From: the human T2T-CHM13v2.0 reference genome, Homo sapiens
Reading direction: 5' to 3' (one strand)
Assembly (NCBI RefSeq): GCF_009914755.1
Contig: NC_060947.1
Length of the DNA stretch: 64,000 nt
Both the position numbers and the translations under genes were made by a program. A model generated the notes under the pieces. It was not told where the DNA came from and searched no databases. It saw only the letters and a list, made by a program, of their open reading frames with translations. Position 1 is the stretch's first letter. Every line of letters begins with the position of its first letter. Below are positions 53,426 through 64,000 of the stretch, in pieces.

Positions 53426-55338
53426 ACCCCCTCAGTACCAACTGACCACTAACTTCCCACCCCACTCACCAGGAATGTATAGCTGCTGATGATTTTCGAA
53501 TTCGGTAAGAGACTGGATTGTGAATATCAGACCACCTCTTCAGTCTAACAGACAGTGCTTGTTTTACCTAAGGTGAGGAGACAGCACAGGCAGTACTCAC
53601 TTGTTTGTCAGTTACAGTCCTTTTCCTCTCCCTCTCTCATTACTCACCATGAAACACACATTGTCCCTTCTACTTCTGTCCCAAGCGTCACACTCATAAG
53701 AACATAAGAAGTGCCCCCAGATCAAACAAGAGTGCTTGAATAGAAAGTGAGATATTTCTTCTTTATAAGGTTGACCTTACAAGGCTGAGGCAGGCTATGC
53801 CTAATTATGTAGGGACCCTAATGTCTCATGGTTGTGTCAGCATAAATTAATTAATGATTAACCCTCTAACAAGGCTAAGTGAACAGAATTCCCCAGTGTC
53901 CTGAGAGAAGGAAAGTTAATGTGTTCTTTCTCCCAGGAGGAGGATAACCAGTGGAGCCTTTTCTGGATTTCTCACTAGAAGTAAAGACCAAATTTCCAGA
54001 AGGAACCTGAGAGATAAAAAGTGGTTGGCTGCTCCTGACCTGACTCATAGTGTTTAACTGAACCATACCACTAGTGTATACTAGTGTGTGTGTATGTACA
54101 TGCATACACACATGCACACACACATTCACACACAATCCTATGGTATTTGGTGACTTTGGATGCCCAGCTCTTGCAACAATTTCCTGCTGTCATTCTTTTC
54201 CCTTTGAATCTCAGGGGTGAGCAAACTAAAGAAATACTATCATCTTACTGCTTTTAGTATATTCCATAGAAAAGGAGTGGCTGGAGTCAGTGTAGATCAA
54301 CCCAAGCAGTACAAATCTGCCAGAATTGCAGCTCAGCTTCCTTACCTCCAGCATGTGTACCTTTCTGAAGGGTAGGCCCTTAAGCCAGACATAAGTAAGT
54401 TATCCACTCTGTGCATAACTGTCTGACTTGGCTTAGAAGCATGAAAGGGGCAGAAATGTAAGATGGGTAAAGAAGGGCTTCATCTGAAATAGGGCCATGA
54501 TGATTAGCTCTCTCTTTCCTTCCTTTGGCTTCATTGCTGTATTCCATGTGGGTCTTGATATCTTGAAACTGGATGAGATACCCAAATAGTCAGTCCCTGA
54601 ATATAAATCATTTCCTTGTACAGAATCACTGCCAAACTCAGTATGGTTAAAAGATTTTTAACACCCAGCTGCAGCATTCACTCTGGTTAGAATTGGCCAT
54701 TTAAATTTATTTCACATATGTAAGTATCATATCCTTTATAATGCATTCTTAATTGTTGCTCAGTTCTTCCAGATTGAATTCCTTTAAAAAATTCCTTATG
54801 TAATCTTTTAATTCTAGTTGGAAAACATCACTTGACAGTTGCTGTTTATACAGGCATGCCTCGTTTTATTGTGCCTGGCTTTATTGTACTTTGCAGATAC
54901 TGTGTTTTTCACAAATGGAAGGTTTGTGGCAACCCTGCGTTAAGCAAGTCTGTTGGCACCATTTTCTCGACAGCATGTGCTAACTTTGTCTCTGTCTCAC
55001 ATTTTGGTAATTCTCTCAATGTTTCAAACTTTTTCATTATGATTACATCTGTTATGTGGAGCTGTGATCAGTGATCTTTGATGTTAACATTGTAATTGTT
55101 TTGGGTTGCCACAACTGTGCCCAGATAAGACAGTGAACTTAATTGGTAAATGTTTTATGTGTTCAGACTGTTCCACTGACTAGCCCTTCTTCAAACTCTC
55201 TCACTCTCCTTGGGCCTCCCTATTCCCTGAAATACAACAATATTGATATTAAGCCAATTAATAACCCTACAATGATTTCCAAGTGTTTAAGTGAAAGGAA
55301 AGACATGTATCTTTCACCTTAAATCAAAAGCTAGAAAT

Positions 55339-55652
<314 letters not shown>

Positions 55653-56176
55653 CTAAGCTAAGCTAAGTGAGGAAGGCACGTCAAAAGCCCAGCGAGGCCT
55701 CTTGTGCCAGCCAGTTAGCCAAGTTGTGAATGCAAAGGAAAAGTTCTTGAAGGAAATTAAAGTGCCATTCCAATGAGCATGTGAATAAGAAAGCAAACAG
55801 CCTTATTGCCGATATGGAGAAAGTTTTAGTGATCTGGATAGAAGATCAAATGTTTTCTTAAGCCACGATATTCCCTTAAACCAAAGCCTGCCTAATCCAG
55901 AACTGGACCCTAACTCTCTTCAATTCTATGAAGGCTGAGAGAGATGAGGAAGCTGCAGAAGAAAAGTGTGAAGCTAGCAGAGGTTGGTTCATGAGGTTTA
56001 AGGAAAGAAGCTGTCTCCACAACACAAAAGTGCAAAGAGCAGCAAGTGCTGATGGAGAAGCTGCAGCAAGTTATCCAGAAGATTAACTAAGATCATTGAT
56101 AAGAGTAGCTGCACTAAACAACAGATTTTCCATGTAGAAAAAACAGCCTTATATTAGAAGAAGATGGCATCTAGGA

Positions 56177-56476
56177 ATTTTTTTTTTTTTTGAGATAGAG
56201 TCTCACTCTGTTGCCCAGGCTGGAGTACAGTGGGGCGGCCTCAGCTCACTGCAACCTCCGCCTCCTGGGTTCAAGTAATTCTCCCTGCGCCAGCCTCCCA
56301 AGTAGCTGGGATTACAGGCGCCCGCCACCATGCCCAGCTAATTTTTGTATTTTTTAGTAGAGATGGGGTTTCGCCATGTTGGTCAGGCTGGTCTTGAACT
56401 CCTGACCTTAAGTGATCTGCCTGCCTCGGCATCCCAAAGTGCTGGGATTACAGGCATGAGCCACCGTGCCCAGCCA
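56177..56476 (-). mobile_element. AluS in Tigger1
   Basis: TSD gcatctagga. Confidence 0.94.
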
Positions 56477-57074
56477 GCATCTAGGATTTTAATAGCTGCA
56501 GAGGAGAAGTCAGTGCTTGGCTTCAAAGGTTCAAAGGACAGGCTGACTCTCTTGTTAGGAGCTAATGCAGCTGGTGACTTTAAATTGAAGCCAATATTCA
56601 TTTATCATTCTGAAAATTCTAGGGTCCTTAAGAATTATGCCAAATTCTGCTTGTGTTCTCTAAATGGAACAACAAAGCCTGAATGACAGCACATCTGTTT
56701 ACAGCATGGTTTTCTGAACATGTTAAGCCCACTGTTGAGACCTACTGCTCAGAAAAAAAGGTTCCTTTCAAAATATTACTGCTCATTAACAATGCACTTA
56801 GTCACCCAAGAGCTCTGATGGCTATGTACAAGGAGATTAATGTTGTTTTCATGTCTGCTAACACAACATACATTCTGTAGCAGATGGATTAAGGAGTAAT
56901 TTAGACCTTCAAGTCCTATTTTTTTAAAAAATACATTTTATAAGGCTGCAATGGAGCTATTCCTTTGATAGATCTGGGCAAAGGAAATTGAAAACCTTCT
57001 GGAAAGGATTCACCATTCTAAATGACATTAAGAACACTCATGGTTAATAGGAGGAGGTCAAAATACCAACGTGG

Positions 57075-57819
<745 letters not shown>

Positions 57820-58211
57820 AAGTTCATTCCAACCTTCATGGATGACTTTGAGGGGTTCAAGACTTCAGCGGAGGAAGTCACTGCAGATGAGGTGGAAATA
57901 GCAAGAGAACTAAAATTAGAAGTGAAGCCCGAAGATATGATTGAATTGCTGCAATCTCATGATAAAACTTGAACAGATGAGGTATTGCTTCTTATGGATG
58001 AGCAAAGAAAGTGGATTTTTGAGATGGAATTTACTCCTGGTGAAGATGCTGTGAACATTGTTGAAATGACAACAAAGGATTTAGAATATGACATAAACTT
58101 AGTTGATAAAGCAGTGGCAGGGTTTGAGAGGACTGACTCCAATTTTGAAAGAAGTTTCACTGTGGGTAAAATGCTATCAAATAGCATGGCATGCTATAAA
58201 GAAATCTTTTG

Positions 58212-58978
<767 letters not shown>

Positions 58979-60391
58979 CTATCTTTTGGAAAGGAAGAGT
59001 CAATTGATGTGGCAAACCTCACTGTTGTCTTATTTTAAGAAATTGCCCCAGCCACCCTAACCTTCAGCAACCACCACCCTGATCAGGCAGGAGCCATCAA
59101 CCTCAAGTCAAGACCTCCCACCAGCAAAAAGATTATGACTTGCTGAAGGCTCAGATGATCATTAGTATTTTTTAGCAATAAAGTATCTTAAATTAAGGCA
59201 TGTTTATTGTTTTTATAGGCACAATGCTATTGCACAATTAGTACACTATAGTATAGTGTAAACATGACTTTTATATGCACTGGGAAACCAAAAAAATTGT
59301 GTGACTCACTTTATTACGATATTCACTTTATTACAGTGGTCTGGAACCCAACCCACAATACCTTCAAGGTATGCCTGTATTTCCCCTTTCTTTCCCAGTA
59401 ACAAAATTTTAATTCTTCAATTTCACATTTTCCCGTCTTCCTCTTCCTATTTTGATCTCTGCTGTTGGTTGCCACTTTCTTTGCTAAGTTTCCTTTCCTT
59501 TCCCAACATCAAATCCTAAGTTTTATTCCCTTTTCTGTATATTTAATTTCAGTTATTTTGTGCGATTTCTAGCACAACTTTTAAGTGACTGAAGATATAT
59601 AACTCTGAGCCAGTTAGAATCCCTTAGACTTATGTGATCCTTCCAAGGAGTTCAAAGTAATTCACCTTAAAAATTAAACTATTCCACTGTAGTACTTCAT
59701 TTATCATCTCCAGATATCTGGAGACTAGGTAGGGGCGACTTTTACCCTTCCTATTTTAAGAATGGACAAATCGAGATTTCGAGATGATAAATAACTTTTC
59801 CATCATCATTATCCTGCTGGTTCTTTGATGTCCAGACCAAAGTAATGAAATGATGACCTGTGAATTCTACATTATTACCTCCTTCCTTGATTAAAAATGG
59901 CACTGGGACAGGCTGAGGGAGACTGCTGTGCATTGTATGGGAGTGAATAATCTGGCAGAGGCAGAACTCTATAGTTAGGCATCCCTAAAAGGCAGGGACC
60001 CCAGCATCTAAACAATCCTCCTTTGATATCCTGTGTCTGGCTGGGCCTTTGGCATCTGGCCCAGCGCTCCCAGCAGAACCCTGTGGTAATCCTTGCCTAC
60101 AGAGTATGGGGATGCAGTGAGCATTTAGCTGCCAAGAATGTTATAGACAATAGAAATAGAGAAGTTTCAAGTGTTCCTTCCTAGAGTAGCAAGTGACAGC
60201 TTAGGATGGGAGGGAGAATGGCCTTCTCTATAGCTTACCAAATGAGTTAGTGACTATGAAAGTGGTTTCTAAGTAGTAAAAATATGGAACACACGATGGT
60301 TATTGCTGTGACATTATAAATTGCCTGTGTTGTTTTTCCCCCAAGGTTTGTAGGAAGACCACAGAGATCTCAAATATTGCTACAGTCATGA

Positions 60392-60465
60392 GCTCAGCCT
60401 CCTGAGTAGCTGGGATTACAGGTGCCCGCCACCACATCTAGCTAATTTTTGTATTTTTAATAGAA
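60392..60465 (-). mobile_element. Internal Alu fragment lacking head and tail
   Basis: ctcagcctcctgagtagctggg...tttttaatagaa only. Confidence 0.85.
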
Positions 60466-61420
60466 GTAACACTTACAGTTCCCCTAGGCACAATGCAGAG
60501 ATTCTCCTCTGTGGAAGTTAGAGCAAATTCCCCAGGCTAGTGTTACCCCTGCTTTGTCAGCACTTACTTCATTTTCTGAAAGAAGAATCTGGCGTGGCTT
60601 CATCTTTATTCCTAATTGTTCTTCCCAATTTTCTGTCATTCAAAGCCTTCTGAGCTCTAGGGAGTTGAGTGGAGGACAGGGGAGCTTGAGGCATGGCCTG
60701 ATCCCAGGCTTATATTCCATAGTACAGCATTTATCCCCAGGTCGGGCCTCTGGCATCCTCTGCTCTCTGAAAATCTGCTCCAAATCTGGATGGAAGAAAC
60801 AGTCGCAAACTCCCTCAAACACACAGAGGTAGCCTTACAGCATTAAAGGTCTGTTATTCTTCAGACATTTTCTAGTCCCTTGTTTATAACGTAGCTCTAA
60901 AGAGTCCTGTAATCTGGTTACCTAGCTGCACAGATTAGAAGCAACAGGCAGATATATTGCAGTGGGGGAGGGAGGGAAGAAGCTCAGACAAACTGATGGA
61001 GGAAGTGCCTGCTGAAGGCCTGAAACCCTGGGAGGAGGCAGGAAAACAAAATAGCATAACGTAATGAAGGATGTGATTGTGATTACCCTGAGTAAGCTGG
61101 AAAAAGGTTCAAGTGGGCTGGGGAATCTGGAAAACATGTTATATAAACATGTATATTTCACATGTCATGAAAATACTGTTTAAAATTTTTGGCATTTAAG
61201 GGATAAGGTTCCCTTATCTATACAAATCCAGTTATTTCTAAGTCTGCCATAACTCACCTAAACCAGAATTATGAGTATTTCCTATAGTGACAATATAATG
61301 CTTTTTTATAGTAAGGATTTGAAGCCCTGTTTTTGTGAGTGTGATTCAGGCATCGTGTGAGAATGTGATTGGAATGCTGAATTCATTCATTCCCTGATTT
61401 GGTACGCATATAGAAGTGTT

Positions 61421-61724
61421 AGCCAGGTGCGGTGGCTCACGCCTGTAATCCTAGCACTTTGGAAGGCTGAGGTGGGCAGATTGCCTGTGCTCAGGAGTTC
61501 GAGACCAGCCTGGGCAACATGGTGAAACTCCGTCTTTACTAAAATACAAAAAATTAGCTGGGTGTGGTGGCGCTCGCCTGTAGTCCCAGCTACTCAGGAG
61601 GCTGAGGCACGAGAATTGCTTGACCCTGAGAGGCAGAGAGGTTGCAGTGAGCCGAGATTGCGCCACTGCACTCCAGCCTGGGTGGCACAGCAAAACTCTG
61701 AGTCCAAAAAACAAACAAAAAAAA
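61421..61724 (+). mobile_element. AluS
   Basis: Alu consensus; TSD aagtgt. Confidence 0.92.
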
Positions 61725-61801
61725 GTGTCACATTTCAGCCTTCATACAAGGCTCTCTCAACCGCCCTTAGACTTTTCCTCACATTTCTTTCATTGGCCCA
61801 G

Positions 61802-62082
61802 GAGTTGCTTTTGATCCTCCATGGAAGCCTGAGCTGTGGAAGACTGCATCTCAGGACTGGAGGTCCCAAACAGGAAGTGACTTCAATCTTCAGGAAAGTC
61901 ACTGCCTGGTTGTCACCTGGATTCACGTTCAGTGTACCGATGAACTAACTAGCCCAGTGCATTTGTCACTGCTTCTGAGTCAAGCCTGGGCAGGGCACAG
62001 AGGCTGGTGTACAGATTCTACCTTGTGAACTGTCCTGCTCGCAAGGCCATAAGCTTTCTGACCAGCTGCTGTGAACTGGCAG
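61802..62082 (+). pseudogene. Fossil exon H
   Basis: Long pyrimidine tract + CAG; open frames VAFDPPWKPELWK...HCLVVTWIHV...LSLLLSQAW and QRLVYRFYLVNCPARKAISFLTSCCELA; weak donor CAG|GTGCTG. Confidence 0.45.
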
Positions 62083-63547
62083 GTGCTGGGTGGGAGGTGA
62101 TGCTGGTTGTGCCAGAGCTTTCTGGTGCTGTCATATGCTTCTACAATTACCTCCCTTCTTTTGCTTGCAGATTCATAGTTTGGCCACACATCTTTGCCAG
62201 CAGGAAGGTCTGTTTTATTCACTCCTCTCACTGACCCTCCCCCCACCCCCAGTCCATGACAGAGAGTATGATTGACTTGGCTCAAAGCAAAGAAGCAGCA
62301 AGGCTGCAGAGCCCATAAAGCAGTCAGAAACATGTCTCACTTAGCTCTTGTAATTGTGATGTCTTGGCTTGGCCTTTTGCCACCCTTCCCTGTTCTGGTC
62401 CTTAACATGCTTCACCGAGGGGTAGTTGCTAATTGGGAAATTTAGTGCATCCTTCTTTGAGGATGATTGTTATGGCTATAGAGCTGCAAAATAGGACACT
62501 AAGATGTGGTGGAGCACTGGACTTAGAATCAGGAAGCCTGGTCCTGATTCTAATCATATTCTGGTCCTGGGTCAGCTGTGGATTGCTGTGTGATCTTGGA
62601 CAAATCTCTTCCTCATCTGCTGGAGGGGCAAGGGGACAATGGTTATACTAGTCAATCTCTGAGATCTAAGCATTAAATCTTCCATTTTCTTTCCTGTTCA
62701 TGCAGAAAGAAATGTTTTGGTTCATTTCCTAGAATGTCTTTTCTTTTTCTCTGTATCCACGTCTCCTTTCACCAGAACCTGTCTTTTGGTGAAGCAATTA
62801 CTCATCTATTTCATTTTAAAGCTGCCCTGGGAATATGGAAAGATTGTATAGAGGTGCCTAGGTTCTAGGAGTTTTTATTTTGAAACCGATGTATGGAATT
62901 CAAGATTAATAGAGTTATTGTAGTCCCATCTGGAATTTTAATCACTGAATCACAGGGAGAGCAGCCAAGCCAACCATCCATGATGCAGTTAGATTTGGAA
63001 CTAGACATCTCAGCCTCAGTTCTCTCCTGCAAGTGACTGGGGTGGGAGCAGAAGGAATATGCTATCCCATCACCTCCCATCATTAGCACTGCCCAGAAAA
63101 AGCAGAGGAGAGACTGAAAAGGGTGTGGTAGCAAACTTGGACAAGGATACCAGACAAGTGGCAGACTTTATGAAATGTCCACTGTTTGGCAAATGAGCCA
63201 GGCATTGTGGAGCAGGGAGACTAAGGACAACTTTCTACAAACAAACCCTGCCTGTTCTTGCTTTTGGGCCTATATCAAGTTTTCTCCAATTGGCATGCCC
63301 TCCTTTTCCTCGTAGCTTATTCAAAGTCCTACCCATCCAGCAAACTCCACCTCTTCTATTTAAGTTCAGCAGACCTTTATTGAGGACCACCCAATGACCC
63401 AGCCCTCCTTTAAGGATACAAAGATGAATAAAAACTTAGTGCCTGGCCTTGGGATGACAGTAATATATTGTCCTGCTTGGGTCACTGTTGTTTCATGTGT
63501 GTTTCTTTTCCCTCTGCAGCTAAACTGTAAGCTCTTGGAGGGCAAAT

Positions 63548-64000
63548 TGTGTTTTGAGGGGTCCCGCAATCACCCCAAGTTGGGTGATTTACTAGAAAGA
63601 CTCATAAGACCCAATAGCAGGTTTTACTTACAGCTAAGGTTTATTACGCCAAAGGATACAGAACAAAAGCTGCAGGAAAAATATACATTGAGTAGGCACA
63701 GGTTTTCAAGTCCTTTCTTATCCATGGCTGCACAGGAGCATCTAACAAATTAACAGCAAACTACAGGGACACCTGTGAAATGTCTCTGTCTAGGAAAGCC
63801 CACCCAAGTCTCAGAGTCTCTGAGGCTTTTGCGAAATGACACTCAGGATCCCAACATCAAAACCAGGTACATCATGAATCTTGCAAAAACAATCCAGAGA
63901 AGTCCTGACAAGTAGATACAGTATACCTCATTGCTCTGGATGTATAAAATGACATCAAGACATCATCAATTGGTGACATAAAGAACATCTGAGGGCTGTA
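63548..64000 (-). mobile_element. LTR (MER21/MER77-like), runs off the window
   Basis: ggggtccc...gatttactagaaagactca...ggtttattac...aaaggataca motif. Confidence 0.6.

Noticed and set aside
56345-56880. Transposase-like ORFs as a domesticated TIGD gene
   Set aside because: Fragmented by stops, frameshifts and Alus within an ordinary Tigger1 copy.
62171-62350. Further exon-like pieces after exon H
   Set aside because: Phases ambiguous and one implied intron would be only about 45 nt.

Overview
Primate (very likely human Xq24) genomic DNA, roughly half interspersed repeat (about 45 Alus, old L1M/L2/MIR, several LTRs, one full-length Tigger1). It has one intact protein-coding gene: ZCCHC12 (SIZN1/PNMA7A, CDS 22978-24186 +), a domesticated Ty3/Gypsy Gag with a single-exon CDS, a CpG-island promoter and three predicted non-coding 5' exons. 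A second CpG island at about 37.0-37.7 kb is probably the start of the lncRNA LINC01285 (assigned from recalled gene order). Downstream of it I find a chain of + strand AG..GT-bounded segments (37784-62082) that join in consistent phase into a stop/frameshift-disrupted protein. Its N-terminal blocks resemble GREB1/GREB1L in collinear order, so the lncRNA may be the fossil of a lost GREB1-family gene. That call rests on my reading of the sequence plus recalled GREB1 sequence and needs a homology search. Repeat subfamily names and boundaries are by eye and approximate.
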